From a virus: 64,000 bases of DNA. Shown here piece after piece: positions 39,528 to 50,478 of the stretch (the stretch's first letter is position 1; each line of letters opens with the position of its first letter). The translations under genes were made by a program, and so were the position numbers. Below the pieces are notes generated by a model that was not told where the DNA came from, ran no database searches, and saw nothing but the letters and a program-made list of their open reading frames with translations. Location: the IMG/VR virus record IMGVR_UViG_3300020162_002681, positions 1-64,000 of that record, one strand, 5' to 3'.

Positions 39528-41297
39528 CTATGCACTGTAAAAAATATCAGGTAAATAAGAACTAGTATATCGTGCAGATTTAGTAACTCGGAGCTGCACA
39601 ATCTCAATCCAGCTTCTACTACGGAACAATGAGGTGTTAAGGCTTGCTACTGCGCTATCTTGGCTGTACAACCTCTTGATACTGAACTCCGAACTTGACG
39701 AGCTTGCATTCATCACTTCGCTTGTGGTTGCAGTTGCTTCGAGTTCACCATTCAAGAATAAAGAACAGCTTGTGCCAGATTTTACAAAAGACACATCAAC
39801 TACTGTGCTGTCAGGAATATCAGTCACACCGTCCAAAGTGAAACTACCAAAGGCGATGCGTAGCTTAAGGTCATAGATGCCCCACGTAAAGCCACCTTCA
39901 ACATCGATAATAGCTCCGCGAGTATTGCCAGATGGATTAAATATCTGGGCTTCGAGCGTCACATTACCAGTTATCTCCAAGTTGCTGTTTGTATAGCCGA
40001 TATGAGAGTACTTATTGAGCCTTCCTGACGCTATGAGAGGCTGTACTGTAACATTCGACGTAAAACTTCGTGAGAGGCTGTACTGGGCGAAGTCGGCATC
40101 ACTGACGTTGTATTTGAGCAGCAAAACCGTAGCGGAAGCGGAGGGGTCTTTTGGCGGAACGTCATTGGTAGAAAAAGGAATACTGGCGCTTGTATTTATC
40201 GTGAGTTGGCGCAGATATCCCTGCCAACTTTGCGAAGTCCACGAAGGTGTTCCAGTAGCGTTTTTCAAACTGCCAATGCACAGTGGCTCAATTGAGTTGT
40301 TGTTGAAGTTATTAGCTGCCTTAAGGTGAGCGCTTAATACACCATCGATGAAAACCTTGTAGACTCGCCCGATTCGATTGATGACGATACTATGCTCGGC
40401 AATATCGTCTGGTAAGGCACAAGAGAGTGTGTTACTGCCAAAGATAGCGAACAAGGTACTGTCAGCCGCTACACCCACATAAAAACCTATGCTGGATGCT
40501 CGATGACTACCTAAGATGCAACCATACTCCCCTACGGTCGTCTTGGCAGAAAAGAAGGAGATAGTGAAGTCGGTTTCGTTGAAGTTTATTGCCGATGTTT
40601 TTGTCGCCTCAAGTCTGCCCCCTGAAAGGATTAGACGAGCTTTGACTATGCTCGGAGTGCCGATTGTATTGCCGATGTCTGAGATGCCAGCGCCAGTGTA
40701 CGCCGTTGTCGATGATGCAAACGCCAGATACAAAACTTCGCTGGAAGGAGCCACCCAATTTATTTTCTGCACCGTAGCGACAGCGCCTGTATTATCTACA
40801 TTGTCACTGTAATCGATATTTGCGTAGAGTTTGTTGATATATTGCAGTTCAAGTACTTGCTTGCCGAAATATGCGGTGAGAAGCATAGCTAGGCTGTATT
40901 GTTTGGGCAGGGCGAAAATGTCGGTGAAATTCTTGATTATGTGACCGTTCGGAACTAACTCGATAAAATATTTAGTGTACTTGTCAGCATTGAGGATTGT
41001 GAGTGTTGTATTGGTAGATAGGGTGATGCTGATGTACTGATTAGCTGTAGAGAGGTCGAGCGAGTATGTGTCAGTCGAAATAGTGATTGAGGTCAGGTCG
41101 TATGCGTCGATGTCGTTTTGAGGTATGTACTCGAAACCAGAGGATGCGTTGAGGCTGCTTGCCACGTTAGTATAAACGCCCCAACATTTGCGGTCGAAGT
41201 TGATTAGCGGAGTATTTTCAGGTACGATAGTAGAATCTAGAGCTGACAATTCGTTGTCGCTGTTTACTGTATAGCCGTTACGTGGAGGTCTTGACAT
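39528..41297 (-). CDS. Putative tail fibre / receptor-binding protein with two LamG-like domains
   Basis: DFTISFF, VFIDGVL, LFLNGELE and LRVTKSARYTSSY motifs; Ser/Thr-rich. Confidence 0.7.
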   Translation of the reverse strand: MSRPPRNGYTVNSDNELSALDSTIVPENTPLINFDRKCWGVYTNVASSLNASSGFEYIPQNDIDAYDLTSITISTDTYSLDLSTANQYISITLSTNTTLTILNADKYTKYFIELVPNGHIIKNFTDIFALPKQYSLAMLLTAYFGKQVLELQYINKLYANIDYSDNVDNTGAVATVQKINWVAPSSEVLYLAFASSTTAYTGAGISDIGNTIGTPSIVKARLILSGGRLEATKTSAINFNETDFTISFFSAKTTVGEYGCILGSHRASSIGFYVGVAADSTLFAIFGSNTLSCALPDDIAEHSIVINRIGRVYKVFIDGVLSAHLKAANNFNNNSIEPLCIGSLKNATGTPSWTSQSWQGYLRQLTINTSASIPFSTNDVPPKDPSASATVLLLKYNVSDADFAQYSLSRSFTSNVTVQPLIASGRLNKYSHIGYTNSNLEITGNVTLEAQIFNPSGNTRGAIIDVEGGFTWGIYDLKLRIAFGSFTLDGVTDIPDSTVVDVSFVKSGTSCSLFLNGELEATATTSEVMNASSSSSEFSIKRLYSQDSAVASLNTSLFRSRSWIEIVQLRVTKSARYTSSYLPDIFYSA

Positions 41298-41377
41298 TTG
41301 ACTATTATAACCTTAGACGGATGGCAGAAAAAGAGGTTCGAGGTAATGTTAAGTAGTTAATTACAAAGAAGTATAAA

Positions 41378-43735
41378 ATGTCTTATACATTCTCTGATTC
41401 CAGCCTTGTAATTTTGTCTCAAATTGCCTATATCAGTGAGATTACTATACTAAATGGTGTCCACGAATCTTTTGAGATAATTCTCGCAAGTGGTAAAACT
41501 ATGAAAAAACCTAACCATAGTATTCGCGGTGTTTACTCAGATGGTAACTACACATCAATAACTGAACGTGAAGGACTAATAAAAGCTTTAAAGGAAATTG
41601 CATGAACACTAGACATCTATACACATTTCAAGATGGTCGCGTACTTGTTCTTGAGCATATTGTAGCTATAGGTAGTCCTTACCCTAGTAGCCGAGATGAA
41701 GAAGTTTTGTTCTTTCAAGTAGATATGCTTGGTAATGTTTGTTATTGCTACCCAGATGTGGGTATTGAAGAAACAGCTTATGGATACTTAAAGGCTGACG
41801 GCACTCAAGACTCAGTTACTTATACAACAACTGAACGCGCTAAACTCCTCAAGGCTCTGTCAGCCATCTAATATGAAATTCAAACCATTTTTACACACCT
41901 TACCACCACTTGACCAAGCTAGTTTCGATTATCTAGAACTGGGTTTTTACCTTGGAAACTTTTACTTATGTTTAGAGTTTTTCTTTTTTCCCGTTTCTGG
42001 TTGGTCTTGGGAATGTTGTAAGATTGACCCATTTTGCTTTTTAGTGAGGGATACTAAATTTGGTTTTATTTTACCTACACTGGAATTTCAATACAGACAC
42101 CTATGCTAACAAAAACACCGAAAGTAGGCGATGAAGTTTTCGTTACCGAACGAGGCTTCCGCAACACAACCAATCTGCTAGGGATAAAAACTGTATCTAA
42201 GGTTGGTGGAACCTATCTACACATTGAAATTTATTGTAGGTTTGAAAAATTCACGTTCACTGGGCAATGCTCTACAACTAATTATTATGAGTTGTGGGAT
42301 AGCGAAGAGTCCTACCACAGTATCATCACGAAAAGAAGAGAACGTGCAGAGAAAATTGAGAAAATTAGAAACATCACTTCTGATTGGCACTTTGCCAAGA
42401 ACCTGAGAAGTGAGGCTTTGGACGAAATTTTGCAATTACTAACACCGCAGGTACATTGATGCGAAAACCTAAGAACTATTGCCAAACAAGAATAATGGGT
42501 TATCAGTACGATGAGTTGATTTTGCTGAGGCTTATACTCATACTTAAAGAAGATTTTCCTCATTACAGCGTTCGGGACATACTAAACGCCCAAGAATGGA
42601 TACCAGTAAAACGTTGTCGGTACTATCTTGAAAAGTTTTGCAGTCGTGATTGGTATAACTACGGAGTTTGCTTGGATTTAGGTTGGTTGCAGCTCGAAAA
42701 TATCCCACAAGAAGTTTACAAAGCAATGGAGTTAATATGATTAAACAGCTCCTCAGACTATTCCCTTACGTGCGACAACTAGAAGACCAACTTCGCCAAG
42801 CTATTGCTGGTGAAATCTCACTCGAAAGTCTGCAAGTGAAGGACGGAAACATCGACTTAAAGTTAAAGTCAAAAATCGTACCATTAGTGGCTGAGGCGTT
42901 CCATGAGCTACTTGACGAGATGGAAGCTCCTAACTACATCGAGTTCAGCCTAGACCACCTAGAGACGCATGAAACTATTCTTGTGACAGTGCAGAAAAAG
43001 AACGGAAAGTCTCCTGCCGAGTTGCAAGCCTTGGCAGAAGAAAAAGAGCAGTATTGGGAAGAGAAATATTACGAGTTACTCGAAGGTAGTCCCAAAGCCA
43101 TGAAAGAGTCTGATATCGAGGCAAACAACAGGATTTTACGCGAATTAATGGATGAGTGTAGGTAATATGAGTGCAGACCGTTGGATTGCTTTACTTACGG
43201 AAGAGGAGTATGAAGCAGAGAGAGATTATGCTGATAACTTTTTTGGTGATTCAGATATGTGGTTTGATAATGTATCTGTGAAAAATAACAAAAAGCCAGA
43301 TAATGTCGAAGCTTTTTGTTTTGGGGCTACTGACGACGATGTGCCCGAACAAGTGCTGAGCAACATCGATTCCCTAAAGTGCTTGGTAGATGATGTGGTC
43401 GCCCTTCTCACATTTCTCTTTCTACAAGGTTCTGAGTCGCAGCAAATCGATATGTTTGAGCGTTTCTTGACTGCTAATTTGGGTAAGGGTAAAATTGTAC
43501 ATTTTTGGAGTGAATAATGATTTCTGCAAGTGAATCTGAAATTGTATCTAAAGAAACTATTAAGAAGTACTTTGTCACTATGGCAAACATACCTATTTCG
43601 TTACCTATGACAGTATCAGAGTACAACTTAGGCGCTTGTGTTGAATTTGCCAAACATCTACAGCGACAATATCCAGCTCAGCCAATACATCTTTACGAGT
43701 CCTCCATTACTCAAATACATGTATATGGAAGTTAG
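41378..43735 (+). CDS. Eight small hypothetical proteins (41378-41605, 41602-41871, 41873-42109, 42103-42459, 42456-42740, 42737-43165, 43152-43517, 43517-43735)
   Basis: Coupled operon after promoter GACGG-ATGGCA-N17-TAATGT (41316-41349). Confidence 0.7.
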
Positions 43736-43772
43736 TGCTAAAATCATTAAAACCTAGCAAAGAGCGACGATT

Positions 43773-44477
43773 TTGGCTAAACAGAGAAACCAATCATCCA
43801 CTGCTTTATTTAACATTCAATCGCTTCTTAAGGTAGAGGCTAAGACAGAAAATCAACAACGGGCATTCGACTATTTTCTTGAGGGGTACAACCTAATATT
43901 AAGCGGTTCGGCTGGCTCAGGCAAAACAATGCTGGCTCTGTATCTCGGTCTTAAATCCTTACTACTTCGCAAATATGAAAAAGTTGTAATCGTTCGTTCA
44001 ATTGTTCCAACACGTAACATAGGCTTCCTCAAGGGGACTCAGCAGGAGAAGGAAAGTGTGTACGAACAAAGTTATTTGCATCTTGTCAACAAGCTTCTAC
44101 CCACGATTCCTAATGCTTACGATGCGATGAAAAAGGAAAAGACAATTGAATTTACATCTACTAGTTTCATCAGAGGCAATAACATCAACAACGCTGTAGT
44201 GATTATTGATGAATTTTCCAACCTTACTTACCATGAGTTGAGTTCAGTAATAACGAGACTCGGAGAGAACGTTAGGGTAATATTTTCAGGAGATTTTTTT
44301 CAATCAGATTTACGATATTCTGATGAAAAAGCTGGAGTACTTCAATTTCTTAAAGTACTCGCTAATATGCCTGATGATTTTAAGAGGGTAGACTTTACTA
44401 TCGATGATGTCGTAAGAAGTGGTTTAGTGAAAAGGTTCCTTATTTCAGAGTATGAACTAAGAGAGCAGCAGAGCTAG
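43773..44477 (+). CDS. phoH: PhoH-family ATPase
   Basis: GSAGSGKT, GFLKG, FIRG, IIDE, TRLG, GD-x-x-QSDL, DVVRSGLV. Confidence 0.93.
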   Translation: MAKQRNQSSTALFNIQSLLKVEAKTENQQRAFDYFLEGYNLILSGSAGSGKTMLALYLGLKSLLLRKYEKVVIVRSIVPTRNIGFLKGTQQEKESVYEQSYLHLVNKLLPTIPNAYDAMKKEKTIEFTSTSFIRGNNINNAVVIIDEFSNLTYHELSSVITRLGENVRVIFSGDFFQSDLRYSDEKAGVLQFLKVLANMPDDFKRVDFTIDDVVRSGLVKRFLISEYELREQQS

Positions 44478-44638
44478 TACTTACGCGAATCTTCAGGGGT
44501 TGGGGTTGGTGCATCTACGGGTGCATCATCCTCGCCATCATCATCATCTTCATAAAAGATTTCTGAGATGCTATACAATTCAAACAATAGGTTTAAGTGA
44601 GTTTCTACCATCTCACTATTCTTTTCTGTCAAGTCCAC
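44474..44638 (-). CDS. Small acidic protein (start uncertain)
   Basis: Ends ...YEDDDDGEDDAPVDAPTPTPEDSRKY*, shares a CTAG stop overlap with phoH, and has an upstream TG-A-TAGAAT. Confidence 0.45.
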   Translation of the reverse strand: MDLTEKNSEMVETHLNLLFELYSISEIFYEDDDDGEDDAPVDAPTPTPEDSRKY

Positions 44639-44779
44639 TAATGCTAGATTCTGAGCTTTCGAGATAAGCTTTATTTGATTTTCTATGATAGGGGTGAAGT
44701 CGGTGTCCGTGTTATTTCTCTAGAGGTATTGCTGTGCGAAGTGGATGATGTTTAAATGATTCTATCACTTGGAGGTTAC

Positions 44780-45844
44780 ATGACACTAACTATTTTTGGT
44801 TATAACAAACGCACCGAACTTCACCCAAATAACTTCTCAGAGCATACACCTTTCCCCGATGTAATCTACGACTTCTTTGCAAGCACTGGATTCAAGCTTT
44901 TAAAAATCTCAGCTATTACTCAAGCAGGTGAATGTGGGTCAGGTTACTCTACCGCAACTTGGGGCTACTTCAAAAAAGAAGAAATTGCCAAAATCCCTCC
45001 TCTCGAATGGATGGCTAATCCTCCTTTGTTTTACGAGGATGCAGATGAGTTTCAAGAAAATTTCACTGTCGATGAAGATGGTGGCGACGGTTATTACCCT
45101 TGCGGAAGTGCAGAACCAAAGCCAACTTTACTCGCACTTTTCAATCCTTGTCGAGTACTGGAAGAACGTCTCTATGTTTTCTCTGGTGCTAGCGCTTTAG
45201 GTAAGTCTACATTTGCCCTTTCCTTAGCCTCTGACCCCGCAGAAATCTATGAGACTGATTCTGGCATCCAAATTGATATGGAGAAGCTTGAATACGTCAA
45301 ATACGTTGTGCTGGGCAACAAGTTCCCTAAACTCAATGATGCTGCTTTAGAGGTATTGCAGAATCTCAAAGGTCGTACTGTTATTTATGTGAAATTCGAG
45401 AAATAATAGAGGAGACAGATTAACATGGAAGAAGAAATTTCTCAAGTCTGGGTAATTGTGATGCAGTTAACTTTAGAGCCGAAAAAGTTCTATTGTGGCA
45501 ACTATGTTGTTACATACCTAAAAAACATAGTAGATGGCGACTATATCCAAATCACTACTTTCCTAGAGCAAGCCAAGCACTATCCTTCGGCTGAAGCTGC
45601 GAAAGCTGTCATGAGTACTGAATACTTTAAAAAATGGTATCCTGACGGAGAACCTTTCGCAATGTTGATTTCAGAGACACGTACAGTAAAAAATTTGCAC
45701 TATCGTGACCAAGACTCGGTGCTACACCAGAAAATACAATCTCTAGTCGATGAACTTTATGCAGAAAAGGAAATTGCACAGGCACTTGAGAAATACGCAG
45801 AAACACTTAAAAATATAATTTCATCTGGGGAAATTCCAAATTAA
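44780..45844 (+). CDS. Two hypothetical proteins (44780-45406 with a C-terminal P-loop-like SGASALGKST; 45425-45844)
   Basis: GGAGG RBSs. Confidence 0.7.
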
Positions 45845-47204
45845 GCCAACTCCAGAAGCTAATGTCATCCCAGCAATAAACTCGCCTTGGCAAAGGCTGC
45901 TCAAATGGCTCAAAAGCGCTTAGACCGTCCTCTAAGTAAATTCCGTTGCACAACCCTAGAATATTATTGCAAACACTGAAATTATTAGAGTTTGTTGCTA
46001 TCGTTGTGGTATAGCTTTGCACAATGTTGATATCAGCACTATTCACTCTGAGTTTCAGTTGGGTAGCGCTTTTTTGCACCCACAGATGATTCCAAACATT
46101 TACAGGGGGAACCCATGCAGTCGAAATAATCACTGACCCATTTATTGACACCTCCAAATTATTTGAAACCGTCTTCTTAAGGGCGAACACACCATTCTTT
46201 TCTGCCAAGGCGATGAGCCGTCCCGAAGGATTTGTGGTGAAATAGCAAAAACAGTTGAAAGTGAACTCGTTAGGGAACACTACGTCTTCATAAGTAATTG
46301 ATGTACTTGCCCCAGATTGCAAACATTCTGTACCGAATAATTTGAGTTCGCTGTTATATTCAACGCCAACCATACTGTTTATGCGTGAATTACTACTCTT
46401 TTCTGCAAGTTCGCCATTAAAAGTTACGTGAAAGATGCTCGAACTATTTGAAGGGGCTTCATAAACCGTCAAATTTATCTCTGGGTCAGGAACCCTTAAT
46501 ACTAGGCTATTAGAATAAACGATAGAACTGGGCTTTAAATTAGTTGGTATTGAAATATCCGCTTCAAACCAAACTTCATTGCTTACGTCAGTGATTCTAG
46601 CTAAATTCACTACAGAGTTTATCGTGGGTAAGGTTTGTGTGTTACCGTACTCAAAAAATATCTCGCCTAGCACACCAATTTCTCTTTTTGACCACTTAGC
46701 TGCTGTCAGTGCGATTGTGGCTTGCAATGTATCGCTGTTGTCGTAATATTTGGCGTTGAGTGCGCTGGGGAATGTATTGGTTCCTTTGAAAAGCAGATTA
46801 AGTATCGCGTTGCTTAGTTTTGCTGTGCCGAACTCCAGTGTCAGTGCTATACCTGTGTCAGAGTAGAGGATTAGCTCGTTCCCTGACTCTATTGTGGTAT
46901 CAGAAAGTGCAGCATTAGCAGTGATAATGCCGTCAGAGGTAGTAAGGCGGAGTTTGAGGGGTAGCGCATAGTCAGTTAGAGCGAATCCGAAATTTATATC
47001 ACTGCTATTATTGCAGGTGTTGCCTGTGATTGTCCAGTAACTTGCATCTAGTGGTAGCGAGGAGATGCCGAAGAGTGTGTTGGTGATATTCACTCCTGCG
47101 TCGTCATGAAGAGTGGCTAGAATCGGCAAAGAAGCGGCTGTGATGGTTTGCTGCTTAATTATCTTTTCTGTTATGTCAACGCAAGTGCTGAAGAGTGTAG
47201 TCAT
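45807..47204 (-). CDS. Putative virion protein with C-terminal LamG-like domain
   Basis: LFGTECL, FTFNCFCY and WNHLWV motifs; Thr/Ser/Asn-rich. Confidence 0.65.
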   Translation of the reverse strand: MTTLFSTCVDITEKIIKQQTITAASLPILATLHDDAGVNITNTLFGISSLPLDASYWTITGNTCNNSSDINFGFALTDYALPLKLRLTTSDGIITANAALSDTTIESGNELILYSDTGIALTLEFGTAKLSNAILNLLFKGTNTFPSALNAKYYDNSDTLQATIALTAAKWSKREIGVLGEIFFEYGNTQTLPTINSVVNLARITDVSNEVWFEADISIPTNLKPSSIVYSNSLVLRVPDPEINLTVYEAPSNSSSIFHVTFNGELAEKSSNSRINSMVGVEYNSELKLFGTECLQSGASTSITYEDVVFPNEFTFNCFCYFTTNPSGRLIALAEKNGVFALKKTVSNNLEVSINGSVIISTAWVPPVNVWNHLWVQKSATQLKLRVNSADINIVQSYTTTIATNSNNFSVCNNILGLCNGIYLEDGLSAFEPFEQPLPRRVYCWDDISFWSWLNLEFPQMKLYF

Positions 47205-47281
47205 TTAGATAGTATATCAAACGAAGTATTGCAAAACTGGCACACTGAATATACACTAGCTAAATAAATTGAGGATATATC

Positions 47282-48015
47282 ATGCAAGAAACATTAGAAT
47301 CACTCGAAGACGCGCTGAATAAAAACTGCGCTATCACTGAATACCTCAACCAGCAGCAGAAAGAGAACAACGAGCGCTTTGTGCAATTGATGCGTAAAAA
47401 GTGGTGGTTACTCAATCCTGATATTGTTGAGATTTCTTATGTGGCAGTCTACGAGACGGACTATTCAGATACTACCCCTTCTTATCCTGCAATATCTTGG
47501 AAGTCTGCTATTGATAAAACCAATACAGAGGTTTCTTCAATAGATACATCAGGTTATCCTGCACTTGCGTCGGAGATTACTGATGAGGAAACTGTGATTA
47601 CTGTTCGGAATCCTTACCTAACATGAAAAAATTATTACGCAGTTGGATTGAATCTTTGTATAAGGCTACCGAGTCTTGGTCAGAGCGCGAAGGACTAGAT
47701 TATCGAAATTCTGCTGATGAAGCTAAGGAAAGATATATCGAATTACTTCCTTGGCGTATGGCAGAGGTTTACGTTAAAACAAACTATAAAATAATGCCTC
47801 GCTATGACGGTCGTGCAGAGCATGAACCAGATTGGGTGAAAACTACAAATTGGTATGTACTACACAAAGCTACAGGCATTCTTTGTGAAAGAGCTTACGA
47901 TTCAGAGCGAGAGGCTGTGAGAAGTATGACTGACTATTGGTTGAAATACTATAAAGAGTGGGTTCCACAGAATTTGCATAGGATTACCATTCCTGATAGA
48001 TATCGAAGCTGGTAG
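47282..48015 (+). CDS. Two hypothetical proteins (47282-47626, 47623-48015)
   Basis: TTGCAA-N17-TACACT promoter and GAGG RBS upstream. Confidence 0.7.
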
Positions 48016-48090
48016 TATCTCAAGCGCCGATGGGCTGTGAAGATTTGTCCGAGAAGAAGTAGTAGAAGTATAAAGGAGATATTTCAGCTA

Positions 48091-48246
48091 TTAGCAACTA
48101 GTCTCTGTGAGGGTTTCAGCGTATTTTGGTGTTAGCAAAACAACTTATTAAATTAGCAAAGCAGCCTATACAAAACTAAAAAATTATAAAACAACTCTAT
48201 TTAGTTAGCAGCCTAACTGCAAAATCACTGCTAATAGGCGTGCTAA
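48091..48246. repeat. AT-rich intergenic region with iterated TTAGCA boxes
   Basis: TTAGCA at 48091, 48132, 48153 and 48205; inverted TGCTAA at 48229 and 48241. Confidence 0.6.
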
Positions 48247-48275
48247 TATAATAATAAGAAACTAATTAAATAAGT

Positions 48276-49901
48276 ATGGAAGATAATTTAGCTCTCGTAG
48301 CCCAAGTAGAAAAAAGTTTGTGGCGTAACCCTACAGATGAGGAGGGTGTTTTGCAGCTATTTAGTGATGCAGATAGACCATTAGCCAGCGTCCTAGTCGG
48401 TGGTTTTGTCAGTATGCAAAAGCAGATGGCAGAAATTAAATCCCTGATAACTACTATTGCCAGTAACAAGACCAATTCAGTAACACCCACAGAGTTAGGT
48501 ATGTTCTTCAGTATGGACGCTTATAAGTACCTCATTGAAGACTTTAGCCTTGTAGGTGACAAAGTGGCGTATAGGGGCGAAATATGTGGTCAGAGTGACT
48601 CGGTGATTTTGCAACTGTCTATACGACTTGAAGATTTTTTTGGTTCCAAGGATGTACATTTTGCAAATCTATTCAAGGGATTGCGACGAGCCTTAACTAA
48701 ACGTGATAACGTGTTACAAGATTACAAATTACTCCTACAAAATGAGTTAGATGAATATTTCAACCAACACAAAAAAGCCAAACGAATCAAATTTAAGACT
48801 ATTGCAGATATTTTCTCTGAATTGCCTGATATGACAGAACAAAAATTAAAATTGTGGCTTGAAGAGTTAGGTTATAGACCCAAACCAGATGTAAACAGAG
48901 TATTGTGGTATACGAACAACTAAATGACTCAAACATTTGTACGGCTAGAAGACTCTAAAGGCTCTGAGATTTTATACTTGAATCTACCAGAGCTAAGAGT
49001 TGAAGAACTTCGCCACAGACTCTATACCTGCAAGTATGAAGGCAGTATAGAGATACTTTCGGAGCTATCATTACCACAACATTTTGTAAGTTACTGTCAG
49101 GCTTTAGGTGACTTACTCAAACAATACAAACTAGAGGAGTTATATAAGGTTAGTGCAAATCTAGAGGAAAATGTCCTGTGGTTGTCTTGTAAAGCTAAAC
49201 CATCTTGGTCTGTCAGCTTTGAAATGGTTCGTCTATCTTATAATCCTGAAATTAGGGCTAAGAACGCTAAGACAGTAGCGGCTAGATTACTGCATGACCT
49301 TCTGATTAGAATGGACAAATTAGAAGCAGCTTTTCGTATTTATACAGATTACCTAAAAGAAAAACAAACACCATGAACAAATACCTAGTTATAGCTTACG
49401 CAACTATCGAGTATCAAGACTACGAGAAGTATGCAATCGTAGAAGCTAAAAATGAGGCTGAAGCAATGCAGTTATTTGAGTCAGAATTTACTTACTTGAA
49501 ACTAAAAGCAGAGCAAGTTCATTTATTAGAATTTAGCGGCAATGCTGAAGTAATATACTCTAACTAAAACCATGACTAATAAAGTACTTACGAACTTCCG
49601 CGACCACCCAGCACTCCGCTTCGATGACCACCAATCTGTATTTAAAATTGACGACAAAGTGTACCTCATCCGCGAAGGTGTTGTGCGCCAAATTATTCCT
49701 CAGAGTATTCGACGCACAAATGTAGGCGAACCTTACAGAACCATAGTTAGGTTTTATTTTACATTCATTGAAGATAAAGTTAATTCTCTTGATATGGAAT
49801 CGATGGATTTTATACCCAAAGATGAAAAACAGTTGCAAGAGTTGTTCAACGAACCGCAAACCCTAATAGAGTCCTTAGATAAGGTTGGATTACTCAGTTA
49901 A
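48276..49901 (+). CDS. Four hypothetical proteins (48276-48923 with possible C-terminal winged helix, 48924-49376, 49373-49567, 49572-49901)
   Basis: Coupled ORFs. Confidence 0.7.
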
Positions 49902-50254
49902 ATCCGACAAACCTGCACATCGAGAGTCCCACTATCTAAATTTCCAATAGCATCGAACGCAGCTTGAGACAAATCGATATTATCTCCAAAGTCACCTCTG
50001 TCATTCGCGTAGACCTCCACAGATGCTCCTGTACGCTCGTTTGTGACTCTGTAGCTACCGAAACTCCTCCAGTCTGCTATTGCGGCTGTATAGCCTGAAT
50101 TACTGAACATCTCACCACTTGCAGTTTGTCTACCTTCGTAGTAGTCCGAGTAAAAAGTAGCAGTAGCGTAAAAGCATTCAGCTAGGGCGTTTGCAGGGTT
50201 TGAGACTATTGCTAGTAGTGCCAAACTTGCTGCGGAAATATTTTTAATAAGCAA
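49898..50254 (-). CDS. RlpA-like double-psi beta-barrel protein (lytic transglycosylase family) with signal peptide
   Basis: ATFYS, G-x-x-TASGE-x-F, YTAA, RVTN, NDRG, IDLS-x-AAF; hydrophobic leader ending ALA. Confidence 0.88.
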   Translation of the reverse strand: MLIKNISAASLALLAIVSNPANALAECFYATATFYSDYYEGRQTASGEMFSNSGYTAAIADWRSFGSYRVTNERTGASVEVYANDRGDFGDNIDLSQAAFDAIGNLDSGTLDVQVCRI

Positions 50255-50478
50255 ATCGTGATTCCTTTTCTTAAGTTCTTAGCTACCATAACATACTGAG
50301 TTGTTCTACCTAGAGATAGATGCAGAAAAGAGGATTGGCGCTTAGTATTAGTTTGTTGTGATTCGAGACACTAATGAAGAAGCTCGTTCTTTTTTGGCTA
50401 TGCTTCAATACGACGAACCTAATGACCATCTCAGAATCGCTAAAATCACCACCATACTTGAACTTTTAAATTAATAAC

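Noticed and set aside
39249-39565. Short ORFs 39249-39515(-) and 39356-39565(+)
   Set aside because: They overlap better-supported genes and the promoter region of 39357; no motifs.
44474-44760. TAG stop-codon reassignment
   Set aside because: Several well-defined genes (phoH, ssb, hsp20-like) end at TAG, and the long conserved genes are uninterrupted under the standard code.
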